Part shown: in pieces, positions 51,761-61,160 of the stretch | Layout of the letters: every line of letters begins with the position of its first letter | Numbering within the stretch: the first letter of the stretch is position 1 | Origin: Bacteroidales bacterium | GTDB taxonomy: Bacteria; Bacteroidota; Bacteroidia; Bacteroidales; PUMT01 | Direction of reading: 5' to 3' | Assembly: GCA_046483315.1 (NCBI GenBank) | Contig: JAWODJ010000034.1 | Location: forward strand, 45,285 to 109,284 | DNA length: 64,000 bases | Program-made: the position numbers and the translations under genes | Notes under the pieces: generated by a model | Seen by the model: only the letters and a program-made list of their open reading frames with translations | Told to the model about the DNA's origin: nothing | Database searches by the model: none

Positions 51761-53161
51761 TCATGTTGTTTTTGTCTTAACTATCTGGGCCATGAGCTCC
51801 CCTTCCATCACTAATCTGTCTCCAACAAAAGCCTGTCCGAACATATAAACAATACCGTGTTTTACAGGAGCCAGGTACTTAAGCTGAAAAATAAGGGTGT
51901 CACCGGGTATAACCTTATTTTTAAATTTCACCTTGTCTATCTTCAGAAAGTATGTTGAATAATTCTTCGGATCAGGAACTGAACTAAGCACCAGGATCCC
52001 GCCAACCTGTGCCATGGCCTCAACCTGTAAAACACCTGGCATTATTGGTTCAGAAGGGAAATGACCGACGAAAAACCCTTCATTCATGGTTACATTTTTT
52101 ACCCCGACTATAGAAAAATCGGTTATTGCAATAATTTTATCGACAAGAAGGAATGGTGGCCTGTGAGGCAGTATTCCCATTATCTGGTTAACATTATATA
52201 CAGGCTCGACAGAAGGGTCATATTCAGGAATATTACTTTTGTCTGCATCCTTTTTGATAATATCCCTTATTTTTCGTGCTACCTGGTTATTGGCAAAATG
52301 ACCCGGACGCCTGGCAACCACCCTTCCCTTTATCGGCCTCCCAACCAGGGCAAGATCGCCTACAATATCCAGCAACTTATGGCGGGCGGGTTCATTGGAA
52401 AAATACATGTCGAGATTGTTTAGAACACCTTCTGAATTTCTTTTTATCCGGGGTTTATTAAATAGATCGGCTATTCTGTCCAGCTCTTCCTGGGCTACTT
52501 CATGCTCAAGAATCACAATGGCATTTTCCAGGTCCCCCCCCTTGATGAGATTATTCTTCAGAAGAAATTCCAGTTCATGAAAAAAAACAAAAGTCCGGCA
52601 TGGTGCAATCTCCTGTTCAAAATCCTGAAGTCCGGAAAGAGATGCATACTGATGGCCAAGAACCCTGGAGTTAAAATCTATCATGGCATCCACTGAGAAC
52701 TTATCATCAGGGAACACCACTATTTCAATACCCTTTGCAGGATCGGAATAGACAATCTTCTGCCGGATCTCGAGATAATCTTTCTCTTTCTTCTGATCAG
52801 TAATTCCCGCTTCCTTCAAAGCCTTTACAACAAATTTGGAACTGCCGTCAATAATGGGCACCTCGGGACCACTAATTTCCATAAGCACATTATCAATCTC
52901 AAGTCCGTATAAAGCAGCCATTATATGTTCTACAGTCCCGACTTTCTCACCGTTTTCCTCAATAGTCGTGCCTCTTGATGTATCAGCAACATTATCTGCC
53001 GTTGCATGAATCAAAGGTTGTCTTTCCAGATCGGTTCTTTTAAAAATATATCCGTGATCTTCGGGAGCAGGCATGAAAGTGAGATCAACATGCAAACCTG
53101 TATGCAACCCCTTGCCGCTCAATGTAACGGGCTTTTTTATAGTTCTTTGTTTTATTGACAT
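51761..53161 (-). CDS. lpxC: Bifunctional UDP-3-O-acyl-GlcNAc deacetylase / 3-hydroxyacyl-ACP dehydratase (LpxC-FabZ fusion)
   Basis: The N-terminal half is LpxC (TLSGKGLHTG, HELEF). The C-terminal 150 aa are FabZ (LPHRPPFLLVDK, GHFPSEPIMPGVL). This fusion is typical of Bacteroidota. Confidence 0.95.
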   Translation of the reverse strand: MSIKQRTIKKPVTLSGKGLHTGLHVDLTFMPAPEDHGYIFKRTDLERQPLIHATADNVADTSRGTTIEENGEKVGTVEHIMAALYGLEIDNVLMEISGPEVPIIDGSSKFVVKALKEAGITDQKKEKDYLEIRQKIVYSDPAKGIEIVVFPDDKFSVDAMIDFNSRVLGHQYASLSGLQDFEQEIAPCRTFVFFHELEFLLKNNLIKGGDLENAIVILEHEVAQEELDRIADLFNKPRIKRNSEGVLNNLDMYFSNEPARHKLLDIVGDLALVGRPIKGRVVARRPGHFANNQVARKIRDIIKKDADKSNIPEYDPSVEPVYNVNQIMGILPHRPPFLLVDKIIAITDFSIVGVKNVTMNEGFFVGHFPSEPIMPGVLQVEAMAQVGGILVLSSVPDPKNYSTYFLKIDKVKFKNKVIPGDTLIFQLKYLAPVKHGIVYMFGQAFVGDRLVMEGELMAQIVKTKTT

Positions 53162-53363
53162 TCTATCTTATGGTTTAAAAGACCGCAATATACAAATTTC
53201 TGTAAAAATAAAGGATAACAATCCGTAAAGGCCGTTAACCAGGTAATGACCATTAAAAGATCAGCACAGATTCATCGGAAGCAAAAACCGGACCATTCAG
53301 AGTCTTCCTTTAATCTGCTTATCATTACAAATCTTTGGTCAGATGCAACTCGCCATGCAATGA

Positions 53364-54425
53364 TCACCCCTGTGTGTTAGTATTGCTCCTGGCTCGTTTC
53401 ATGTCATCCATTTCATTTTCCAGCTTCCTGATCTGCTGATAAAGTTCAGGTAACTTTTTGTACAGAATATAAGATCTCTGGTACCTGCCATAATGAAAAG
53501 CCGGCGACCCCTGAACAATGTCGTCCTTATCAGTTATGCTAACTCCGACGCCGGATTGTGCAGCAATTTTAACACCATCAGCAATAGTAATATGCCCAAT
53601 TATTCCCACCTGGCCACCTATCATACAACCGGCACCTATTTTTGTTGATCCGGCAATTCCTGACTGAGCAGCAATTACTGTATTCTCACCAATCTCCACA
53701 TTATGGGCAACCTGTATAAGATTATCCAGTTTAACCCCTTTACGTAATATTGTTGATCCTATCATGGCCCTGTCAATTGTTGTGTTTGAGCCAATTTCAA
53801 CATGATCTTCAATAATCACGTTGCCCACCTGGGGTACCTTGGTATAATTGCTGTCCGACCGGGGAGCAAAACCAAAACCATCACCGCCGACAACAACTCC
53901 CGAGTGCAGGGTGCATTCACTGCCTATCCTGCACTCGGGATAGATCCGCGTGCCCGGATAAATCACAGTACTATCTCCAACAACAACATTCTTACCAATA
54001 AAAACATGTGGATAGATCCTTGCATTATTTCCTATAACGGCACCGGCCGAAATTACTGAAAAATGACCAATATATACTTCATTGCCTATTTGTGCCCTGG
54101 AATCAACATAAGCATCCCTCTCAATACCCGAAGGAACCGGTTCCATCTTTTCTCTTAACCGTAACAGTTCTGCGACAGCCTGATATGCATCGGCAACCCT
54201 GACCAGGGTGCAGGGCACGGGCCGGTCAGGCTTGAAATCCATGTTAACAAGTACTACAGAAGCCCGGGTATCATAAATATATTTTTCGTATTTAGGATTG
54301 GCAAGAAAAGCAAGTGTCCCCTGCTTTCCCTCTTCAATCTTTGAAACGTCATTAACAATAATGTGCGGATCTCCTTCAACCTCACCATTAAGGAATTCGG
54401 CAATCTGCCTTGCAGTAAACTCCAT
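53364..54425 (-). CDS. lpxD: UDP-3-O-(3-hydroxyacyl)glucosamine N-acyltransferase
   Basis: N-terminal [16 protein letters not shown] plus hexapeptide repeats. The ATG at 54425 avoids overlap with the upstream HD gene. Confidence 0.93.
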   Translation of the reverse strand: MEFTARQIAEFLNGEVEGDPHIIVNDVSKIEEGKQGTLAFLANPKYEKYIYDTRASVVLVNMDFKPDRPVPCTLVRVADAYQAVAELLRLREKMEPVPSGIERDAYVDSRAQIGNEVYIGHFSVISAGAVIGNNARIYPHVFIGKNVVVGDSTVIYPGTRIYPECRIGSECTLHSGVVVGGDGFGFAPRSDSNYTKVPQVGNVIIEDHVEIGSNTTIDRAMIGSTILRKGVKLDNLIQVAHNVEIGENTVIAAQSGIAGSTKIGAGCMIGGQVGIIGHITIADGVKIAAQSGVGVSITDKDDIVQGSPAFHYGRYQRSYILYKKLPELYQQIRKLENEMDDMKRARSNTNTQG

Positions 54426-54451
54426 ATTCGTATTTTTTAATATGTAACAAG

Positions 54452-55726
54452 TTATTGAATATTCTTGATTCCGATACTTTTCGGACAGCAAAGAAAATAT
54501 TTTTTAACTGTTTTTGACAGCACTGAAACATTCAGCATGTCAGAAGCCTCTGAAATATCAACAAGATTACCGTTATTATAAAGTATCCTGATTTTTTCAT
54601 CTTCAGATCTGTAGGCATAATTTGAGATATCCCCTGTAAAAACGAAATATCCGGCTTCATCAAGGGGAATATCATATTGTTTGCTTGCCTCAATCTTCAG
54701 TTTCATTATTAACCCATCAGCAAAAGAGTCTTCCTGAAAGGTAACACGATATAATGACCTGCCCGTAAACCAGTCCGCCAGAATAGCAAGACTTTTATCA
54801 TTATGACGTGACCATTCTTTGGCTGCACTCATTATATCATCATCGTCAAGATTTACAAAATTTCTGATTACTTCAGCTGCATCAGGAGAACCGGAGAAAA
54901 GTTCCTTAGCCGAAATATCTACACTATTTTCAAGAAAAAACTGAAGTCCGGGGGCAGCAAAAAGTTTTTCACCACTCAAAGAAAGCTTTCGTGCCCGTCT
55001 CAGCAACATTATCAACAAATTTTCGGCTGCAACAACCGTCTTGTGAAAATAAACCTGCCAGTACATTAGCCTGCGGGCTATTAGAAATTTTTCAACCGAA
55101 TATATGCCCTTAGCCTCAACAACAAGCTGGTCATTGGTTACATTGAGCATTTTTATTATCCGGTCTGATCCGATAACCCCCTCTGTAACACCGGTAAAAA
55201 AGCTATCCCGTTTAAGATAGTCCATCCTGTCCATATCCAGTTGCCCTGCAACAAGCTGATGTAAAAATCTCTTATGATACCTGTCCATAAAAATATCAAT
55301 AGCCAGGGTCAGTCTGCCCTCAAACTGACGGTTCAGTTCCTGCATAAGAATTAATGACATTTCTTCATGAGGTATATCCGGAATGATTGAAGATTCAAGT
55401 GCGTGAGAAAAGGGGCCATGCCCGATGTCATGAAGCAATATTGCTGCCAAAACAGCTTCCTCCTCCCTGAAACTTATTTGATGGTTTTTGGAACGAATAA
55501 CACCTATTGCCATCTCCATAAGATGCATAGCTCCAATGGCATGCTGAAACCTGGAGTGTGTGGCCCCGGGATAAACAAAATGTGTCATGCCTAATTGCCT
55601 GATCCTTCTTAACCTTTGAAAGAACGGATGTGAAATCAGGTCAAAAATCAGATCACATGAAAAACCAATGAAACCGTGAACCGGATCATTAATGATTTTT
55701 CGCTTGTTGGTATGGTGTTTGTTCAA
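54452..55726 (-). CDS. HD-domain phosphohydrolase (dNTPase-like)
   Basis: HD motifs [10 protein letters not shown] and [12 protein letters not shown]. 424 aa. Confidence 0.8.
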   Translation of the reverse strand: MNKHHTNKRKIINDPVHGFIGFSCDLIFDLISHPFFQRLRRIRQLGMTHFVYPGATHSRFQHAIGAMHLMEMAIGVIRSKNHQISFREEEAVLAAILLHDIGHGPFSHALESSIIPDIPHEEMSLILMQELNRQFEGRLTLAIDIFMDRYHKRFLHQLVAGQLDMDRMDYLKRDSFFTGVTEGVIGSDRIIKMLNVTNDQLVVEAKGIYSVEKFLIARRLMYWQVYFHKTVVAAENLLIMLLRRARKLSLSGEKLFAAPGLQFFLENSVDISAKELFSGSPDAAEVIRNFVNLDDDDIMSAAKEWSRHNDKSLAILADWFTGRSLYRVTFQEDSFADGLIMKLKIEASKQYDIPLDEAGYFVFTGDISNYAYRSEDEKIRILYNNGNLVDISEASDMLNVSVLSKTVKKYFLCCPKSIGIKNIQ

Positions 55727-55913
55727 ATGAATATCAAATATATTATCAGAGAATAAGGCATTCTTATAAAAATTTTTGCATTAAACTGAAGAAAACAGGC
55801 CGTTTTGAATTTTGCAGGTGCAAAAATAATGAAGTTTTACGGTTTTTTTAGTAACAAGCACCCAAATGTGCTAATTTTCAATTCAATATTTTTGTGTTTT
55901 CGAGTATTATTTT

Positions 55914-55921
55914 TAATTTTG
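55914..55921 (+). promoter_or_regulatory. Candidate -7 box (TAATTTTG) for rimP-nusA-infB
   Basis: Exact TAnnTTTG match. A second exact match, TATTTTTG, lies at 55887-55894. Confidence 0.4.
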
Positions 55922-55950
55922 CATATTGAAAGTAGAGAAGATATTGATGT

Positions 55951-55976
55951 AGGGGACTTCAGTCCCCTATTTTAAT
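55951..55976 (+). terminator. Terminator-like leader hairpin just upstream of rimP (candidate attenuator)
   Basis: 7-bp GC-rich stem AGGGGAC/GTCCCCT with a 4-nt loop TTCA, followed by ATTTTAAT. It lies between the candidate promoter and the rimP ATG at 55990. Confidence 0.45.
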
Positions 55977-55989
55977 AGGTGTAATTTAT

Positions 55990-56454
55990 ATGATTCACAG
56001 GGAAACAATAGAAAAGCTGGTAACCAGGTATATAGAAGGAACAGGATTGTTTGTTGTAGACATTCATGTTTCCCATACAAACGATATCAGAATTCTGGTA
56101 GATAATGAAAAAGGAGTTAGTATCAAAGAATGTATTGATCTGAGCAGAGCCGTTGAAAGCAGCCTTAACAGGGATAAGGAGGATTTCAGGCTGGAGGTGT
56201 CATCCCCCGGGCTGTCTGAGCCACTGAAAGTTTTGCCTCAATACAGAAAAAATATTGGCCGGAATATTGAAGTTATAACAAAAGAGGGGAGAAAATACGA
56301 AGGCAAACTGAACGGTTTAACCGGAAACGGATTGATTATTGAAGAAAAGTTAAAAGTTAAGGGAGACAAGAAAAGGCCCCAAACCGAAACTGTAGAAAAA
56401 AAAATTGATTTTGAGGAGATCAGTTCAACTAAGGTGTTAGTATCATTTAATTAA
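55990..56454 (+). CDS. rimP: Ribosome maturation factor RimP
   Basis: 154-aa ORF directly upstream of nusA, with an LEVSSPGL-type motif (RLEVSSPGLSEPL). Confidence 0.9.
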   Translation: MIHRETIEKLVTRYIEGTGLFVVDIHVSHTNDIRILVDNEKGVSIKECIDLSRAVESSLNRDKEDFRLEVSSPGLSEPLKVLPQYRKNIGRNIEVITKEGRKYEGKLNGLTGNGLIIEEKLKVKGDKKRPQTETVEKKIDFEEISSTKVLVSFN

Positions 56455-56475
56455 ACGGAAAAAAGTCAAGCAAAG

Positions 56476-57714
56476 ATGGAAAATTTGAATCTCACGGAAC
56501 CATTTTCTGAGTTCAAGGAGTTGAAAAGTATAGACCGGGCTACTATGATGAGTGTCCTGGAAGATGTTTTCAGAAGCATGTTAATAAAATATTTCGGCAC
56601 TGACGAGAATTTTGATATCATTATCAATATAGATAAGGGTGATTTTGAAATATGGAGAAACAGGGAAGTGGTGGAAGATGAAAATATTGAAGATCCTAAT
56701 TTACAAATTAAACTGACTGAGGCAAAAAAGATAGATCCCGACTATAGTGTCGGAGAAGAAGTAACCGATGAGGTTAAACTTGCAGACTTTGGACGGCGGG
56801 CCATACTGGCACTAAGACAAAACCTGACCTCAAGGATCCTGGAACTTGAGAAAAACAATGTGTACCTCAAATATAAGGATAGAATTGGCGACATTGTTAC
56901 AGGTGATGTTTACCAGGTATGGAAGCGGGAAATTCTCATCATCGACGACGAAGGGAATGAACTTATTATGCCCCGGGCAGAGCAGATCCCGACAGATTAT
57001 TTCAGAAAGGGTGATACAATAAGGGCAGTTGTTATAAAAGTTGAAATGAAAAACAATGTGCCGCTTATTATTCTGTCCAGAACAGCTCCTGTATTCCTTG
57101 AAAGGCTTTTCGAACTGGAAGTTCCTGAGATATATGACGGACTTATCACTATTAAGAAAATTGTCCGGGTTCCCGGTGAAAGAGCAAAGGTGGCTGTTGA
57201 ATCCTATGATGACCGGATTGATCCGGTTGGCGCATGTGTCGGCATGAAGGGTTCCAGAATACATGGAATCGTGCGGGAACTTAAGAATGAAAACATTGAT
57301 GTTATCAATTACACCACAAACACTCAACTTTATATTTCCAGGTCACTTAGCCCTGCAAAAATAACTTCAATTAAAATTATCGAAGAGGAAAAAAGAGCTG
57401 AAGTTTTCTTAAAACCAAATGAAGTATCTCTAGCAATAGGGAAAGGAGGACTGAACATCAAGCTTGCGGGACAACTTACAGGTTATGAAATAGATGTTTT
57501 CCGTGATACCGAGGGAGAGGATGAGGAAGATGTCAATATTGATGAATTCAGTGATGAAATAGAAAGCTGGATAATCGATGAATTAAAAGCAGTTGGTTGT
57601 GATACGGCAAAGAGTGTTCTTGAACTCACTGTTGCAGATCTTGTGAAAAGAACCGATCTTGAAGAAGAAACCATTCAGGAAGTGATGCGTGTTCTGAAAG
57701 CTGAATTTGAATAA
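56476..57714 (+). CDS. nusA: Transcription termination/antitermination factor NusA
   Basis: Has an N-terminal domain, an S1 domain and two KH domains (GACVGMKGSRI, AIGKGGLNIKLA). Confidence 0.96.
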   Translation: MENLNLTEPFSEFKELKSIDRATMMSVLEDVFRSMLIKYFGTDENFDIIINIDKGDFEIWRNREVVEDENIEDPNLQIKLTEAKKIDPDYSVGEEVTDEVKLADFGRRAILALRQNLTSRILELEKNNVYLKYKDRIGDIVTGDVYQVWKREILIIDDEGNELIMPRAEQIPTDYFRKGDTIRAVVIKVEMKNNVPLIILSRTAPVFLERLFELEVPEIYDGLITIKKIVRVPGERAKVAVESYDDRIDPVGACVGMKGSRIHGIVRELKNENIDVINYTTNTQLYISRSLSPAKITSIKIIEEEKRAEVFLKPNEVSLAIGKGGLNIKLAGQLTGYEIDVFRDTEGEDEEDVNIDEFSDEIESWIIDELKAVGCDTAKSVLELTVADLVKRTDLEEETIQEVMRVLKAEFE

Positions 57715-57770
57715 TTTTCAAAAATGATAAACTCCCTGTTAAGGGATATAAAAAATCGGGAGCTTGTAAT

Positions 57771-60656
57771 ATGTCAGAGGTCATTACTACAAAAAGACTT
57801 AGTAAAGTAGCAAGGGAATTTAACCTGGGGATAACAACTATTGTTGATTTTCTCCGGAAAAAGGGATTTGATGTCAATCCCAATCCGAACACCAAGGTTT
57901 CAGAAGAACAGTATAACCTTCTTCTTAAGGAATACAGCTCAGAGATAAGTGTCAGGAAGGAATCGGAAAAGATCAGCATGAGAATTGCACGTGAAAAAAA
58001 TGAAGGTATTTCTCTTGAAAATGAACCTGAAAAGCCTGCCGTACACGATGATACCGATTCCGGCGAAAGTGAGGATGAAGTTCTGATTAAAGACACCGCA
58101 GCAAAAAAGCCGGCCCCTTCTGATGTAAATAAAACTACTGATAAACCAAAAGAACCGACCGTTACAGAAGAGGAAAAAGAACAGGTTGCTGAAGAAGATA
58201 AAATAACCGGCAAAGATGAGGCTGAAAAAGATAAAGATAAAGAAGATGACACCCCAGGGCTGAAAGTTGTGGGTAATATTGACCTTGATGCCCTGAACCA
58301 GAAAAGCCGTCCTGTGAAAAAGGATAAAAATGCCAGGGAAGACAAAGAACCAGCTGAAAAAGAAGAGAAAGAGGAAAAAGAAATTATAGAGGAAAAGCCA
58401 CCTGAAGCAGAAGAAGCTGTTTCCGGACAGGAGAAGGATACAAAAAAGCCGTCCGGTGAAAAAGTGACGGATGACGAGGTTTTCAAGCATGAAGTAAAAA
58501 AACTTACAGGTCCCACGGTAGTTGGGAAAATTGATCTGCCTTCAAAAGAGAAGAAAAAACCTGTCGCTTCTTCAAGCGATTCTGAACGCAGTAAAAAGAA
58601 AAAGAGAAGAAGAATCCGTAAAGAGGTGTCTAAAGCCACTTCTGAGTCAAAAGATATTTCTGCGGGTAAAGAGAGAGATATCCAGTCAACTGCTGATCAG
58701 AAAAAAACAAAACTGAGAAAAGGTAAAAAAAGGCCTGTCAGAAATGAGATCAGCGAAGAAGACGTACAAAAACAAATCAAAGATACACTGTCAAGGCTAA
58801 CTTCCAGGGGTAAATCCAAGGGGGCTAAATACCGCCGGGACAAGCGCGAACTGCAAAGCCAGAAACAGCAGGAGGAGACAGAAAAGCAGGAACTTGATAG
58901 CAAGACATTAAAGGTCACTGAATTTGTTACTGTCAATGAACTGGCAAACATGATGGATGTTCCCGTAACAGATATCATTTCCTCATGTATGAGTCTGGGA
59001 CTTTTTGTCTCTATAAATCAACGTCTTGATGCAGAAACAATTGCACTTGTTGCAGAAGAATACGATTTCAAAACGGAATTTGTAAGTGCAGATCTTCAGG
59101 AAGACATCAGTGTAGAAGACGAACAGGAAGATAACAGCCAGTTGACTGAGAGACCTCCTATCGTAACTGTAATGGGACATGTGGACCATGGTAAGACATC
59201 ACTGCTTGACTTTATCAGGCATGCCAATGTTATAGCCGGTGAAGCAGGCGGTATTACCCAGCATATTGGGGCCTACAACGTTGAACTTGAAAACGATAAG
59301 ACCATAACCTTCCTGGATACTCCCGGACATGAAGCTTTTACAGCCATGAGAGCCAGGGGGGCCAGAATAACCGATATTGCCATAATTGTTATAGCAGCTG
59401 ATGACAGCGTAATGCCGCAGACAGTTGAAGCTATTAACCACGCCCATGCTGCAGGAGTGCCAATAGTATTTGCAATAAACAAAATTGATAAACCAGGGGC
59501 AAATCCTGAAAAGATCAAAGAACAACTTGCAAATATGAACTTTATGACCGAGGATTGGGGCGGCAAGTACCAGTCACAGGAAATATCAGCAAAAAACGGG
59601 ATAAATATAGAACTGTTGCTGGAAAAAGTCCTGCTTGAAGCAGAAATTCTTGAACTAAAAGCCAATCCCCGTAAAAAAGCATCAGGTACGGTTGTTGAAT
59701 CTGAGCTGGACAAGGGAAGAGGTTATATAACAACCGTACTGGTCCAGTCCGGCACACTGGAAATGGGAGATATTGTGCTGGCAGGAACTCATTACGGCCA
59801 CGTAAAAGCCATGCATAATGAGAGAGGCAAGCCCGTCAAACAGGCGGGACCGGCTACCCCGGTTTTAATACTGGGACTAAACGGTGCTCCGCAGGCAGGT
59901 GATAATTTCAATGCCATGACAAGCGACCGGGAAGCAAGGGATATAGCAAACAAAAGAGAACAGCTTCAGCGTGAACAGGGATTGCGAACCCAGAAACATA
60001 TAACCCTTGATGAAATTGGACGACGGATTGCCATTGGTAACTTCCAGGAACTGAATATAATTGTCAAGGGCGATGTAGACGGATCTATCGAGGCCCTGTC
60101 CGATGCCCTTATAAAACTATCCACAGAAGAAATACAGGTAAACATAATTCACAAAGCCGTAGGCCAGATCTCCGAATCTGACATATTACTTGCCGCTGCC
60201 TCTAACGCTATTGTTGTAGGTTTCCAGGTAAGGCCATCAATGAGCGCAAGAAAACTGGCAGAAAAAGAAGAGATTGATATCAGGCTTTACTCCATAATTT
60301 ACGATGCAATAAACGAGATAAAATCTGCGATGGAAGGGATGCTCTCACCTGAGATCAAAGAAGAAGTGGTGGCAACACTTGAAATAAGGGAAACATTTAA
60401 AATAACCAAGGTAGGTACAGTAGCCGGCTGTTTTGTGAAGGAAGGAAAGATACACAGAAATACAAAAATACGTCTTATCCGCGAAGGGATAGTAGTGCAC
60501 ACTGGTGAACTCGGCTCTCTGAAAAGATACAAGGATGACGTAAAGGAGGTAAATGCCGGATATGAATGCGGTCTGAATATTGCCAACTACAACGATATTA
60601 AAGTAGGAGACATCATTGAAGGATACCGGGAGGTTGAGTATAAGAAGACCCTTTGA
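57771..60656 (+). CDS. infB: Translation initiation factor IF-2
   Basis: Long K/E-rich N-terminal region followed by the GTPase motifs GHVDHGKTSLLD, DTPGHEAF and NKID. Confidence 0.97.
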   Translation: MSEVITTKRLSKVAREFNLGITTIVDFLRKKGFDVNPNPNTKVSEEQYNLLLKEYSSEISVRKESEKISMRIAREKNEGISLENEPEKPAVHDDTDSGESEDEVLIKDTAAKKPAPSDVNKTTDKPKEPTVTEEEKEQVAEEDKITGKDEAEKDKDKEDDTPGLKVVGNIDLDALNQKSRPVKKDKNAREDKEPAEKEEKEEKEIIEEKPPEAEEAVSGQEKDTKKPSGEKVTDDEVFKHEVKKLTGPTVVGKIDLPSKEKKKPVASSSDSERSKKKKRRRIRKEVSKATSESKDISAGKERDIQSTADQKKTKLRKGKKRPVRNEISEEDVQKQIKDTLSRLTSRGKSKGAKYRRDKRELQSQKQQEETEKQELDSKTLKVTEFVTVNELANMMDVPVTDIISSCMSLGLFVSINQRLDAETIALVAEEYDFKTEFVSADLQEDISVEDEQEDNSQLTERPPIVTVMGHVDHGKTSLLDFIRHANVIAGEAGGITQHIGAYNVELENDKTITFLDTPGHEAFTAMRARGARITDIAIIVIAADDSVMPQTVEAINHAHAAGVPIVFAINKIDKPGANPEKIKEQLANMNFMTEDWGGKYQSQEISAKNGINIELLLEKVLLEAEILELKANPRKKASGTVVESELDKGRGYITTVLVQSGTLEMGDIVLAGTHYGHVKAMHNERGKPVKQAGPATPVLILGLNGAPQAGDNFNAMTSDREARDIANKREQLQREQGLRTQKHITLDEIGRRIAIGNFQELNIIVKGDVDGSIEALSDALIKLSTEEIQVNIIHKAVGQISESDILLAAASNAIVVGFQVRPSMSARKLAEKEEIDIRLYSIIYDAINEIKSAMEGMLSPEIKEEVVATLEIRETFKITKVGTVAGCFVKEGKIHRNTKIRLIREGIVVHTGELGSLKRYKDDVKEVNAGYECGLNIANYNDIKVGDIIEGYREVEYKKTL

Positions 60657-60698
60657 CCCCCCGGTTAAAAGAATAGACGGCAAAGAATCCTGAGCATA

Positions 60699-61079
60699 TC
60701 AGGACTCTGTAAGGTCTTTGTACTGTTCAGCCGAGAGCAGATCATCAATCTGACCCGGATCTGACATTTTGATCTTTATCATCCACCCTTCACCATAAGG
60801 ATCTTTATTGACAATATCGGGAGTATCTTCAAGTTTCGGATTAACACCGATAATTTCCCCGGAAACGGGCATAAACATATCTGAAACTGTTTTTACAGCT
60901 TCAATGGTCCCGAAAACTTCATCCTTATCAAGACTTTCTCCCAGGGTCTCAATTTCAATAAATACAATATCACCCAGTTCCCCCTGAGCAAATTCTGTAA
61001 TTCCAACAACTGCTTCACCATCCTCCGCCCTAATCCACTCATGATCCTTTGTGTACTTAAGTTCTACCGGAATTTCCAT
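60699..61079 (-). CDS. gcvH: Glycine cleavage system protein H
   Basis: 126 aa with the lipoyl-lysine motif IEAVKTVSD. N-terminus YTKDHEWI. Confidence 0.95.
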   Translation of the reverse strand: MEIPVELKYTKDHEWIRAEDGEAVVGITEFAQGELGDIVFIEIETLGESLDKDEVFGTIEAVKTVSDMFMPVSGEIIGVNPKLEDTPDIVNKDPYGEGWMIKIKMSDPGQIDDLLSAEQYKDLTES

Positions 61080-61083
61080 AATA

Positions 61084-61099
61084 AACTATTTAAATAGTT
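61084..61099. repeat. Perfect 16-bp palindrome AACTATTTAAATAGTT between the sprA stop and the gcvH start
   Basis: The sequence is its own reverse complement. It lies 5-20 nt upstream of the gcvH ATG at 61079. Confidence 0.3.
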
Positions 61100-61160
61100 A
61101 AATTAAAAAACTGCAATTACCCAAAAGTAATCAATTTTTATAATATCCAACCAGATTATT

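Noticed and set aside
57626-58639. 337-aa ORF antisense to the 5' part of infB.
   Set aside because: It is a Ser/Phe/Leu-rich low-complexity translation, the mirror image of the K/E-rich IF-2 N-terminal region. infB is unambiguous on the other strand.
61080-61160. Glycine riboswitch upstream of gcvH.
   Set aside because: The gap is only 81 nt and almost entirely A/T. It cannot accommodate the aptamer.
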